Shown here in pieces: positions 1 to 12,133 of a stretch of DNA of 64,000 bases. Position 1 is the stretch's first letter. Every line of letters begins with the position of its first letter. The position numbers and the translations under genes are program-made. A model generated the notes under the pieces. The model worked only from the letters and a program-made list of their open reading frames with translations, searched no databases and was not told where the DNA came from. The DNA comes from Octopus sinensis (taxonomy: Eukaryota). The stretch spans positions 126,542,001 to 126,606,000 of the forward strand of contig NC_042997.1 in assembly GCF_006345805.1 (NCBI RefSeq). The letters are read 5' to 3'.

Positions 1-27
1 TTAGCCCCTTGTGGGTAGTAAAGAAAT

Positions 28-215
28 AGGTACTGGCATCGACCATGCTTGAATGGTGCTTTTTATGTGCCATTGGCATGGGAGCCAGTCAGGTGGCACT
101 GCCAACAACCACACTTGAATGGTGCTTTTTACATGCCACCAGCATGGGACCAGTCAGCCAGCACTGGCATTGACTACACTCAAATGGTGCTTTTTACATA
201 CCAATCAGGCGGTAC
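28..215 (-). repeat. About three ~65-bp tandem units (GAATGGTGCTTTTTA...) from the 5' region of SINE family C
   Basis: Unit start GAATGGTGCTTTTTA / AAATGGTGCTTTTTA seen at ~51, ~117 and ~183; related units at 47400-47600 and 52770-52960. Confidence 0.7.
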
Positions 216-380
216 TGAACACCAGGCATTCAAGCATTCATAGCAGGGGTAAGCAAGTTTCTTATATCATTGATCCCTTCATAGAATCGTTGATAACTTA
301 TCAATCCCATCTTGTAAATTTCTAACAAAAGGTATAATTAATAAAAAATTTCTTTATTTAAAACAATAATTATTTTGTTG

Positions 381-618
381 TGTCTAGGGAGAGTCATTTT
401 CTTTTTGTGCCTTATAATGGAACACACTCACCGGTAAAATTTCCACTTTTTTCTTATTTTTATTTTCCTAAAATTTTCGTTGCATCTTGCAACCTTTTCA
501 ATAGTTTTGCAAGATGCAACGAAAATTTTAGGAAAATAAAAATAAGAAAAAAGTGGAAATTTTACCGGTGAGTGTGTTCCATTATAATACACAAAAAGAA
601 AATGACTCTCCCCTGACA
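381..618. repeat. Near-perfect long inverted repeat (~110-bp arms, ~16-nt spacer)
   Basis: GGGAGAGTCATTTTCTTTTTGTG...TTGCATCTTGCAA is mirrored by TTGCAAGATGCAA...CACAAAAAGAAAATGACTCTCCC; the + and - ORFs here translate to almost the same peptide. Confidence 0.95.
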
Positions 619-1049
619 GAATATTCTTCAACACACGAACTCACATAAAGAATCTTGCAAACCAAATCCAAAAACGAAATAATTATTTTGTTTTATTGCT
701 TCATTACCACTTTTTAATAAGAAATATTTAAAGAAATCTAATAAAATACCTAATGAAATTAATGAAGAACAATAACTTTCAGTCATATAATATTGACATA
801 ATCAGTATATTTAATGTGAGATATATTGTTTAATGAATACTAATTATTATCAAAGTACTTGATTGGATGTTAGTGAGTCTTAGCCTTAAATTACCACACT
901 CTTCAAAATAATTTAGCACCCTTAATACTCAAGATCATTTCAGATGTTTATTCATCCCTTGGCTAGTCACATAGATCCCCAAGGGTCAATGTTGTCCATT
1001 TTATTGACTCTGTGCCAAACTCCTTTTTTAAAGGCTTGTATTAAATATT

Positions 1050-1238
1050 GGTTTCAAATTTTGGCACAAGGCCAGGGTGTAAGTCCATTACATCGACTCC
1101 AGTGCTCAACTGGTATTTATTTTATTGACCCTGAAAGCATGAAAGACAAAGTCGACCCTGGTGGAATTTGAACTCAGAATGTAAAGATGCTAAGCATTTT
1201 GCCTGACATGCTAACAATTCTGCCAGCTTGCTGCCTTA
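1050..1238 (-). mobile_element. SINE family B (tRNA-like head, Meta-like core GACTTTGCCTTTCATCCTTTCGGGGTCGATAA)
   Basis: Matches many other copies in the window (33062, 50985, 60532 and others). Confidence 0.8.
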
Positions 1239-2724
1239 CATGTGTTGAATATTAATAAAAAGAAAAATGAAGACTCACCATTGAAGTAGATGCCGGTTCA
1301 TTGTAAAGTAAAATCTCTAATTGCTGTTGGTGCTCATTTACAGTAATGTGCCACCTGATCCATGAATCAAACCCCTGACATTACAATTGTGACTCCAACA
1401 TCCTAACCACTAGATTATGTTCCTGAGAGATACATATTCCCTTGTGCAAGAGGCTGGTCTTTTATAAGTAACAAACCTAATACCCGAATCTAATCCTCAG
1501 TAAACTGAGGCAAATGGATTTAATATCTTGATCAGAGACACAAATGGGATGATATTGGTTGAGTATGAGCCAATGAAATATGAACCTTAGTTCAATATCT
1601 TACCTCTTAGGCTACTTTTTACTTTAACCTTTAGTACACTATATTTTCTCTAGAATTGTTTTCCCTGCCACTTCCCTGTTATCACAGGGGGGAGAACTTA
1701 TATGGTGAAATGATGCACCTACAGTATGCCAAAGGTTAATAACACAGACATAAGATCTTACCTCGCTGAAAAATATTTTCTTTGTAGTTCATACTCAGTC
1801 TTCTCTCAGCCTCCATTCTTGCTACTGTCACTGTCTATTACTATTTACACTTCAGCTACATTTCAGCTACACTCCAGCTACACCCCAACTACACTTCAGA
1901 TACACTCAGACTTATTGCTGCATTGTTTTCTACTCTTAACTGTTGTAAACCTGAAGTTACAATGTAAGCTTTCAGGTCAAAAGCTGACACATTGATATTT
2001 CTTTCTTTTCTTTTGTATGTGTTGTCACTCTTAGTAACATTTAAAGTTTTCAAGTTCTATATTACCCATACTAATATCCTTCATCTTTAACCCTTTTATA
2101 ATCTTGTGAAGTACCAAAAAAGACTACTAGGCAATGTCCTTATTTCTCAAATATAATGTATTTAACAGCATATAAGATGCATTTTTTAATACTTTATTTA
2201 ATGTATCAAAAAAAAAAAAACTGCCCTGCATTTAATGTGGGTGTATTTATGGATGAAGGGCTGAGTGTTGTAAACTAGGGAGTTGGGTGAGCATAAATCT
2301 GCAGGGTATAATAATTGTTATAAAGTATTGTAAACAAGTCACAATATCACAGTCTGTTAATACAAACATACAAAAATTGATTACATTACATTGGCAGTTA
2401 TGTAGAGATGTCACATCATCTCATTGTATTTCCTTTCTCAGCGTACATAAGTCACACCTGATAGGTGTCTTACATTATCTAATGACTCTGTTACCATCAA
2501 GAAATATTTTTAATTACCTAAATGAAAGCCTCTCTGAGAAAGGTGAAAGGGATGTTAAGCTTTCATCCACCAGTCACCTATTTGCAATGGGTGAATGACA
2601 ACAAAATCATAGTGGTGGCGAGCTACAATATTGACTGATTGTGTTACATAAAATATCATAACCAGAACTATGTATTCTATATCTGGTGTGGCAATTTTCT
2701 AGGTCAAAATAGCTATGTAAAATG

Positions 2725-3255
2725 AACCCATGCTGGTGCCACATAAATTGCTCTCATGCCAGTGCCACATAAAGTGCACTTGTGCCAGTGCCACATAAAA
2801 TGCTCTCATGTTGGTGCCGTGTAAAATGCATTTATGCCAGTAACATGTAAAAAGCTCCCAGTATACTCTGCAGATTGGTTGGTGTTAGGAAGGGTGTTCT
2901 GCCATAAAAACCATGCCAAAACAGACAATTGAAACCTGGACAGCTCTTTGGCTGGCCAACTCCTGTCAAGCCGTCCAACCATGCCAGCTCCTGTCAAGCC
3001 ATCCAAACATACCAGCTCCTGTCAAGCCATCCAACCCATGCCAGCTCCTGTCAAGTCATCCAACCATACCAGCTCCTGTCAAGCCATCCAACCATGCCAG
3101 CTCCTGTCAAGCCATCCAACCATGCCAGCTCCTGTCAAGTCATCCAACCATGCCAGCTCCTGTCAAGCCATCCAAAGATGCCAGCTCCTGTCAAGCCATC
3201 CAACCCATGTCAGCATTAAAATGGATGCTAAATTATGATGATGAGGATGATGATA
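2725..3255 (+). mobile_element. SINE family C (RTE-type tail GGAAGGGCATCCAGCTGTAGAAAC...(GAT)n) with an internal 28-bp minisatellite expansion
   Basis: Family motifs GGTTGGTGTTAGGAAGGG and CCAACCCATG...ATTAAA(TGA)n flank about nine tandem copies of CATGCCAGCTCCTGTCAAGCCATCCAAC (2952-3207). Confidence 0.8.
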
Positions 3256-4063
3256 ACAATGATGATACAGTAGATCTGAGAGAAAATGAAGTTGAAATAT
3301 ATTATTCCAATAATAGTTTATTTCTGATAAATGTCTGGTTTTATACTGTATTCCAGTATAATGTCACATTATATTTTAATACTTAGAATCATACATGTTT
3401 TCCCCCTTAAGAAAACCACTTGAAAATATTTTTCAGTATGTGCATGTTGAAACATTAAACTTGTATTTAGTAAAAGAAAGGGTCAACTTATGTGAGAGTG
3501 TGTCTTAAACATTGGTAGATATGGTAATTAAAAGAAAATGTCTGAGGAAGGGATTGAAAAGACAACCTGCTTGCTCTCGGTTTTGCACTTTTATGATCAA
3601 GCCATGAAAATTGGTTGGAAGCGTATCAAATATGTAAATATTTGTTTTCTACTAAAAGCAACCAGATTAAACAATTTTTTGCAGAAATAATTTTGAACAA
3701 AAGAAATTAGATTTGTCAGAAAGTTAATTTTTCTAATTTGTTGAAAATTTAAATTTTCTAATTTCTTTAATGTTAGCTAATGTTGTAAAAGAAAACTAAA
3801 AAACAAACAAAAAGTCGAACAGAAAAGCACATATTAAAAACCAATAGTTGAAGGTTTCATTCAACCTAGGCAAATTATAACATCTTTCTTGTAATCTTAA
3901 CATTTTCTGGAACAAGATTTCTTTTTCTTTTTATTTGACAAGTTCTAAATGTTTTCCTTAATTCTTCATTATGAAATCATTTACATTTAAACATTATATA
4001 AACATAATAGAGTTTATATTTGAAAACTCAAATTATAATATAAATATTCTTATTTTTACACAG

Positions 4064-4185
4064 ATTTCAATGTTCCGAAAAGCAGCAACGGAATACATAA
4101 AATCGATGATGTGGAATGTACGAAATGATTGCGTGTTTTTCCCACTTGAAGATAATTCTTTCAAAGATCTCAAATGCAAACTTGG
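4064..4185 (+). CDS. BAIAP3/UNC13D-like: Internal coding exon (first of six seen) of a BAIAP3/Munc13-4-family gene: ISMFRKAATEYIKSMMWNVRNDCVFFPLEDNSFKDLKCKL(G)
   Basis: Acceptor tttttacacag|ATT and donor TTGG|gtaagc; 122 nt, phase 0 to 2; joins in frame to 12043. FFPL motif resembles the VFPL segment of Munc13-4 (recalled, not searched). Confidence 0.85.
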
Positions 4186-4679
4186 GTAAGCCTATATAAC
4201 CCAAATATCGCATTTTCTAGACAATTACTTGACCCATCCCTATCTCTTTTCCTTCACTATCCATCCTCCAAGCTGACACCCCCTACGTCCATTTAAATCC
4301 TCATAATCTCTAATCATCTGTCACGCTCTTTTCACTCTACTGAACTCACCTACCCACTTACCTTCTCTGTTCCTCTATCACTATCCTCTTTCTGTTTATC
4401 CCCATTTACCTTGACCTCGCATCCCTCTTTGTACCTGGTGACCTAACCATTGCTGGGGCCCACAAAGAAAGCACTAAATTCACTCTGTGAAGTGGGTGGA
4501 GTTTGGAAGGACATCCAACTAAAAAACCATGCCAAAGCTGAGATTGAAGCTTGATGCAGCCCTGTAGCACAGCAATTCATGTCAAGCCATCTAACCCATG
4601 CTAGCATAGAAAAAAGGATATTAAACACAACAGCTTCTGGTGGTGGAGGTGGTGGTGGTGCTGCTGCTATTGCTGCTTT

Positions 4680-5062
4680 GTTTGTTTGTTTGTTGAGTGA
4701 AGCAGCCTTCGTCCCAGAGCTGGCAAGATCACACCTCTGTAGTGGGAGAAGTCCGAAACGTGGTCCTTTTCTATTCGTAAGACCCGCAGAAGAGAAAGCA
4801 GGTTAACCCCCAACACGGAGAGCATCGATGGATGGATGAATACGCATCCAGGTTCAGCGGTTGCATAAGAAGTCGGGGATAAGAAACAGGAAGAAAAAGT
4901 GAGAGAAAGTTGGTGCGAAAGAGTACAACAGGGGTCGCCACCACACCCTGCCGGAGCGTCGTGGAGCTTTACGTGTTTTCGCTCAATAAACACACACAAC
5001 GCCCGGTCTGGGAATCGAAACCGCGAGTCCGCTGCCCTAACCACTGGGCCATTGCGCCTTCA
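4680..5062 (-). mobile_element. SINE family D (tRNA-derived head GGCGCAATGGCCCAGTGGTTAGGGCAGCGGACTCGCGG)
   Basis: A-box and B-box-like motifs on the - strand; homologous copies at 16835-16992 (-) and 27707-27995 (+). Confidence 0.8.
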
Positions 5063-5072
5063 CTGCTGCTGC

Positions 5073-5104
<32 letters not shown>

Positions 5105-5592
5105 ATGATGATGGCAATGATAATAGTGATGATGATGATGATAAAAGAACTAAATAATATGAGTTCATGGCTTTGATGTGTGTTTATGAGAGTAAAATAA
5201 CATAACAGAAGAAATGATTTCTATATAATGTATTTATAAATCACCCAGTTGATGTGTGATCTAAATGAGATTATCAAGTTCTGCTGGAATTAAGTTTTCA
5301 ACAATTGATGACCCCCATTCTAAAAGTGCTTAGTTCACGTAGGAATAGCTGTGACTTATAATACAACATGTAGCAGCAGTGTGTTTAGTTAACAGTGTAA
5401 ATGTTCAAATCCAGCAGAACAATATCATTGTATGTACATGCATGCATAGACATACATACATACAAATATACATACGTATGTACATATATATATATGTACA
5501 TACATACATACGTATGCATGTACATACATACATACATGCATACATATATACATATATACATACAAACAAATATACATGCATACATACATACC

Positions 5593-5669
<77 letters not shown>

Positions 5670-5673
5670 TTAT

Positions 5674-5824
5674 GTGCAGGAGTTGCTGTGTGGTATGTAG
5701 CTCACTTACCAACCATATGGTTCCGGGTTCAGTCCCTCTGTGTGACATCTTGGGCAAGTGCCTTCTACCACAGCTTCGAGCCTTGTGAGTGAATTTGGTA
5801 GATGGAAACTGAAAGAAGTCCATC

Positions 5825-5864
<40 letters not shown>

Positions 5865-6081
5865 TGTGTGTGTGTGTTTGCATGTCTGTGTTTCCCCCCC
5901 CCCCAGCATCACTTAACAACCAATGCTGGAGTGTTTACGTCCCTGTAACTTAGAGGTTTGGCAAAAGAGGCCGATAGAATAAGTACTAGGCTTACAAAGA
6001 ATAAGTCCTGGGGTCGATTGGCTTGACTAAAGGCAGTGCTCCAGCATGGCCACTATCAAATGACTGAAACAAGTACAAGAA
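5674..6081 (+). mobile_element. SINE family A (tRNA-like head, internal (TA)n/(TG)n tract, tail ...ATGACTGAAACAAGTAAAAGA)
   Basis: A-box TGGCTGTGTGG and B-box GGTTCAGTCCC; more than 15 related copies in the window. Confidence 0.85.
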
Positions 6082-6139
6082 TACACATACACACACACAT
6101 ACACATACACATCAGAATTCTTCTTTTCTTTTCTTTTTT

Positions 6140-6524
6140 TTCTTTTACTTGTTTCAGTCATTTGACTGCGACCATGCTGGAGCAGCGCCTTTTAATCGAG
6201 CAACTCGACCCCTTGGACTTATTCTTTGTAAGCCCAGTACTTATTTTATCGGTCTCTTTTGCCGAACCACTAAGTGACAGGGACATAAACACACCAGCAT
6301 CGGTTGTCAAGCAATGCTAGAGGGACAAACACAAGCACACACACATATATATATACATATATACGACGGGCTTCTTTCAGTTTCCGTCTACCAAATCCAC
6401 TCACAAGGCTTTGGTCGGCCCGAGGCTATAGTAGAAGACACTTGCCCAAGGTGCCACGCAGTGGGACTGAACCCGGAACCATGTGGTTGGTAAGCAAGCT
6501 ACTTACCACACAGCCACTCCTGTG

Positions 6525-6527
<3 letters not shown>
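6140..6527 (-). mobile_element. SINE family A, tail-to-tail with the 5674-6081 copy
   Basis: Reverse complement of the same consensus, ~60 bp from the previous copy. Confidence 0.85.
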
Positions 6528-6570
<43 letters not shown>

Positions 6571-7164
6571 GCATTTGTTCTGTTGATGTTTCTCAAGCTG
6601 TTTACTGATATTATTACTATTTTCTAAGCTGCAACTTCCTATACATGCATTGCTGCACCTCCATCTCTGCTGCATTACACACATCAAATGCACGACGAAC
6701 AAGAGTCCCACCACTGATACAGTTACTAAACCCGAAGCAAACCTGGGGTGGAGAGGGCAAACCTCTGATGAGATTGTGAATGATGACAAAAGGACCTTGA
6801 CAAACTTAAATGATTGATCGATAAACCAACTGATTAATCAAAGTATCGATTAGTTAAATGGTTAAATAGTTCATCAATTAACATATAAATAATACAGAAG
6901 TGAAATAGAACCAGTGTGTGTATGTGTGTGTGTGTTGGCATAATGACCCTCTTGAGATACACATAATGCATCATGTGAAGTAAATCATTAAACTCTGATT
7001 GATTCAGCACATTCTCCTCTTTCTTCAGTAGTCTTGCTGCCTCTCTCATCCACTCCTATTTATCTTGTTCATTTCTTAGTTCTTCTCCTCCACCTCTTTC
7101 TCTGGTTTGTCAAAGAGGTTCCGTTCTGAGAGAAATGGAATTGTCATTGCATTCTGAAAATTAT

Positions 7165-8260
7165 TTAGATTGTCTGTATGGTATGACACTGTATATATGT
7201 GTGTGTGTGTGTGTGTCTACATTTAATTACTGTTTGCATGTGCTTGTGGTCATACGTGCACACATATAGGTGTATGTGTATGCTCATGTGAACATGTGTG
7301 TGTGTGTGCATGATTGCAACTGTTTTTCTCTGGGTATGATTGCATATATGTGTGCATGTGTGTGTGTGTGTATATATATACGAGTATGTATGTGAGTTGT
7401 ATGTCTGTATGTCATGACTGCAACTGTTTCTCTCTGGGTGTGATTGCATATATGTGTGCATGTGTGTGTGTGCATACGTGTGTGTATGTGTGTATATATA
7501 TATATATATATATGTGAGTGTGTATGTGAGCTGTATGTCTGCATGGCATGACTGTGTGTGTGTGAGTGTGTGTGTCTGTACAGCATGGCTATATGTATGT
7601 GTGCATATGTGAATGTTTGAGTGCATGTGCATGTGTGCACGTGTGTGTGTGTGCGTGCGTGCATGTGTGTGTATGTGAGTGTGTATGTGAGCTGTATATC
7701 TGTATGGCATGACTGTGTGAGAGTATGTGTGTGTGAGTGCGTATGTGAATGTGTGTGCCTGTAGAGGCTGACTCTGTGTGTGTGTATGTGTGTGTATATG
7801 CGTATGTGTGTGTGTGTATATGTGTGTCTGCAAGGCATGACTATGCATATGTGTACCTATGTGAATGTGTGTGTCCATATGGCATGAATGTCTGAATGTG
7901 TGTGTGTGTGTGTGTGTGCATGCATGTTAGGAAGTGTAAATACGAGTGTGTGTGTCTGTATAACAAGACAATGTGTTTGCATGTGTGTATGTGAGTGTGT
8001 TTCTCTATGGCATCCAGTTTGTGTGCATTTGCATGTGTGAGTCTATATGTATGTGTGTACATTTGTGTGTATGTGTGCATGCACATGTAAGTGTTTGTGT
8101 GTGTATGTGTATGCTTGTGTGCATGTCAGGAATCATATGTATAAGTGAAAGTAGCTGTAAAACAGTGTGTTTGCATATTTGTATATGTGAATGTCTCTTG
8201 TTTTATGTGTGTGTATGCATGTGTGCATGTGTGTGTGTATGCGTGTGTGTGTGTGTGTGT
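7165..8260. repeat. Degenerate (TG)n/(TA)n compound array with recurrent higher-order motif GTGAGCTGTATGTCTGTATGGCATGACTG
   Basis: Directly visible; it produces the HT/CV-rich pseudo-ORFs. Confidence 0.9.
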
Positions 8261-8366
8261 TGTAAGGCGTACACGCAGCAGCTAATAAATTGTCTGTAAT
8301 TAGAAGAGATAGTTTCTCATGCTAACCACAGAAATTCCTATTTTCTTCACCAATTTCATTAGCTTG

Positions 8367-8628
8367 CCACCACCACCACCACCACTACCACTACCACCAC
8401 CACCACCACCACCACCACCACCACCATAACCACCACCAACACCACAACCACCACCACAACCACTACCACTAAAAGCACTACCCCACCACCACTACAACAT
8501 ACAACACCACCGTCACCACCACCACCACCGCCTCCTACAACTACTACTACCATTGCGACCACCAGTGGCACCACCACTGCCACCACCACTCTGAACACTA
8601 TGATCACAACCCACCACCACCACCACCA
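8367..8628. repeat. (CAC/ACC)n trinucleotide array
   Basis: Directly visible; similar trinucleotide arrays at 13553-13685, 18320-18600, 22350-22480 and 46260-46760. Confidence 0.9.
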
Positions 8629-8962
8629 GAACTGCAGTAATTACTGCTTCAGCTCTTTTGTTTCTCATTGGCTTCACAACAAGAACTTCAAGGCTTTTAA
8701 AAAAAATCCTTAAGTTTTCAAATTATTGAAAAAAACATTCATTTATTAATTATGATATAATGTACTGAGTCAGTGTGTAGATGTGTGTGTATGTGTGTGT
8801 GTGTGTTGAGGTAGTTGTACGTATGTGCACTAGTATATACGTACATATATCTATATGCATATGGGTGTATGTTTTTTCCATATATATATATATGTATGCA
8901 TATATATATGCATACATATATGTATGTGTGTGTGCATGTATATATATTCATATATGTATATA

Positions 8963-9014
<52 letters not shown>

Positions 9015-9041
9015 ATAATATATATATATATATACATACAT

Positions 9042-9073
<32 letters not shown>

Positions 9074-9129
9074 GCATATATGCATACATAGATACACCAC
9101 ACACATATACATGATACACACACACACAC

Positions 9130-9235
9130 ACGTGGTCTGATCAACAAGTATCCAGACTGGTGCTATAAAAACAAAACTATCACACATATCAATTTGGCAT
9201 TTAATCTCCTTCGAAGTATTCACCAGCAGATATAA
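9130..9235 (-). mobile_element. Mariner 3' end relic (TIR plus transposase C-terminus)
   Basis: - strand reads GGTGAATACTTCGAAGGAGATTAA (GEYFEGD*, a mariner C-terminal motif), next to a TIR-like GGTCTGATCAACAAGTATCCAGACT. Confidence 0.6.
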
Positions 9236-9534
9236 TTCCATGAATTAATCCTGTGAATTAATCTTGAAGAAGTCCTACCACCATATAGTCACCATATAAA
9301 TAGAATATGATAACTTTCTTAGCATTTAACCAAATGCTTGAAAATTCTGATCAACTAGATGATAGGACCGAAACATATATGTAGGTTTCTTTATTTTATT
9401 TTTGAGCTTTACAATTTGTAATAAATTTATTTGTACTGTTGTTTTTAAAAGAAATTTTCATCATTTTATAACATACAAATAAATTATTCATACATCCATT
9501 AGTTTTCCATTTCCATTTTTCCTTCAATACTGAT

Positions 9535-9567
<33 letters not shown>

Positions 9568-9634
9568 TATATATATATTATATATATATATATATATATA
9601 TGTATATGTATATATATATATGTATATATGAACT

Positions 9635-10060
9635 GTCAATTCAAGGTTTTGTTTTCCCCAATTTTTCTTTAAATCTTCCATGAATCCTGCTATAAGAACT
9701 AGCTCACAATTATGTAGGAGCTTCTTGGACAATCAGTCTTAAACTCCACTTCTATGGCTTGCTGGACCATAATAAATAGGAGGGTGTCTGGGAACTGAGC
9801 CCTGGTTAACACCTACTTGCATTCCATATCACTGACATTATTGTCAAACTTCACTTACTGACTGCATTTCTGTATATAACCTGTATTGCTCTCACCAGTT
9901 AATCTTTGACACCAAGTTTTCTTAGTGACCATCAAACCAGAGATCACAGTAGTCTGCCAAAAGCTTTCTCTAGATCAATAACTGCCAGAGAGAAAGGTGC
10001 GCACTTGACTAGAAACATCTTTTGCTGTAGTCTCTCTGAAGAGCACATCAATGGTACTCT
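9635..10060 (-). mobile_element. Degraded RTE-clade LINE reverse transcriptase fragment
   Basis: - strand gives IDLEKAF, SLRKLGV, GVNQGS, EFKTDCP and ELVLIA with stops and frameshifts, consistent with RT motifs. Confidence 0.8.
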
Positions 10061-10093
10061 AACCTGGAATAAATCTGAACTTCATCACTTCTA

Positions 10094-10690
10094 GGCATGT
10101 TATAAAATGATGAAAATTTCTTTTAGAAGACACCATCATCATCATTTAACGTCCGTTTTCCATGCTAGCATGGGTTGGACGGTTTTGACTGAGGGCTGGC
10201 AACCAGATGGTTGCACCAGGCTCCAGTCTTGATTTGGCAGAGTTTCTACAGCTAGATGCCCTTCCTAACACCAACCACTCTGATAGTGTAGTGGGTGCTT
10301 TTTACATAACAGTACAAATAAATTTATTACAAGATGTAAAGCTCAAAAATAAAATAAAGGAACCTACATATATGTTTCAGTCCTATCATCTAGTTTATCA
10401 GAATTTTCAAGCATTTGGTTAAATGTTAAGAAACGTATCATATTCTAACTATATGGTGGTAACAGTTATGAGTTGCTTCATCACTTTGATACCCCTGTAG
10501 TTGTTACTTTTTTAGGGTGTCTCCTTTGCCCTTATAACAGCCAATAATCATACTGCTATGCCAGTTATCAGATATGATATCTCGTTATACAATATAACTT
10601 GTAATAAATTTATTTGTACTGTTGTGTTCTTTAAAAGAAATTTTCATCATTTTATAACATACAAATAAATTATTCATACATCCATTATTT
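10094..10690. mobile_element. Foldback / Penelope-like repeat with inverted ends, interrupted by a SINE-C (10133-10307); partial inverted copy at 9290-9500
   Basis: 10305-10447 is the reverse complement of 9301-9440; 10600-10690 directly repeats 9415-9500; 10094-10125 is the reverse complement of ~10630-10660. Confidence 0.65.
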
Positions 10691-10882
10691 CTCCATTTTC
10701 TTTTCTCCCTGTTCTATTTCACCAGATATTTTCAATTTCTCAGTGATTATATCAGTAGGTCAGCTGCTTTCTTTGACTTTGTATTCTCATTTATACCCCT
10801 TCTTTCTCTCTGTATACATACATACATACATACATACATACATACATACATACATACATACATACATACATACATACATACA

Positions 10883-10916
<34 letters not shown>

Positions 10917-10942
10917 CCAGGTATGTTGGTATGTTTCTGTGA

Positions 10943-11006
<64 letters not shown>

Positions 11007-11129
11007 CTGTGTGCAGTATAGTATAGTAGGGTCAGTTGGGCACTGTTTGGGAGAAAAACAGCTCCATGACACAATTCGCTCTGCCAGAAATTTGGGAACA
11101 ACATGTTTGGCATTTGTGACAGAAGCTTC

Positions 11130-11777
11130 AATATGAACAGATGATGAATACACAGAACAACTGTTGGCTTGCTGCATCCCCTAAACATGTACTGAAGGGG
11201 ATAAAAATCAAACATCCAATCAACATCATGGTGTTTGAAATGATCACTAGTTATGGTAACGTTATGCCTCCATTCATTTCTCACATGGCCTCAGGCTCAA
11301 CATGGAGGCCTACATCAAGTGCCTGGAGGAACTAGTGCTGCTCTGGTGCAAAAGGGTAGCTGTTGGAAGACTATGTTTGGCAACAGGACTCTGTACCATG
11401 CCACACAAGCAGTCTTGGCTGTTAGACAATTTCTGTGACCACATCAGCCCAAACATCTGGTCTCTTAACTCCCCACACGGCAACCCCCTTGATTATTATG
11501 TGTAGGGCGCAGTTGAGTGAGAGACCAACAAAACTCTTTGTAACACCAAAGATGAACTGAAGGCAAGGATCATGGCAGCATTCACCAACTTAAATAAAAA
11601 GACCATCCAGAAGAGCTGCAGGAGGTACTGAAGTCGTCTGGATGCCATGGTTGAAGCGAATGGCGATTTTGTTGAATAAATTTACTCTTTAGTATTTCAA
11701 GATATTTTTATGTAATTTTGGTAAATATATCTGTTAAAATGAGATGTCAGTTTTATTTTCATTTTTATATTCACTGC

Positions 11778-11783
<6 letters not shown>
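11130..11783 (+). pseudogene. Tc1/mariner DD37D (maT-like) transposase 3' relic with right TIR
   Basis: Translates with frameshifts to QNN.WLA, KHP.NIMVF, EAYIKCLEE, QQDS.PCH, W..NSP..NPLDYYV, NTKDELKARI and VEANGDF*; ends CACTGCACCC|TA. Confidence 0.85.
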
Positions 11784-11824
<41 letters not shown>

Positions 11825-11842
11825 TGAAGAATGGAAAGTTCT

Positions 11843-11879
<37 letters not shown>

Positions 11880-12042
11880 TACATACACACATACATACAT
11901 ATATATGATGATGATGATGATGTTGTTGATGATGATGTTGATGATGATGATTATGATATATAAATGTGTATGCATGTGTGTTTATGAATATTGTTCCAAA
12001 TATTTAAATCTCTACACTATCTGGTTCCAACACTTCTTTAAG

Positions 12043-12133
12043 AGTTCTGGCATCAGTGCTAAAATTGGATTTGTGGGAAGAAAAATTCTTCATCAAGGAG
12101 GAACTGTCCAGACTGATTCTGCGTAAAATCAAG
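12043..12133 (+). CDS. BAIAP3/UNC13D-like: Coding exon 2: (G)VLASVLKLDLWEEKFFIKEELSRLILRKIK
   Basis: Acceptor cttctttaag|A and donor ATCAAG|gtataa; 91 nt, phase 2 to 0, matching both neighbouring exons; open frame not shown in the ORF track. Confidence 0.75.

Noticed and set aside
1688-1734. Upstream exon of the Munc13-family gene
   Set aside because: The acceptor looks plausible, but the frame needed to join exon 4064 in phase 0 contains TGA.
1279-2634. Antisense exons (RFYFTMNRHLLQ; NIVARHHYDFVVIHPLQI)
   Set aside because: These are short frames with only partial splice signals, no recognisable family and no consistent phase chain; one abuts a SINE head.
2952-3207. CRISPR-like array of 28-bp repeats
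   Set aside because: The repeats are contiguous with no unique spacers, lie inside a SINE in a eukaryotic intron, and no cas genes are present.
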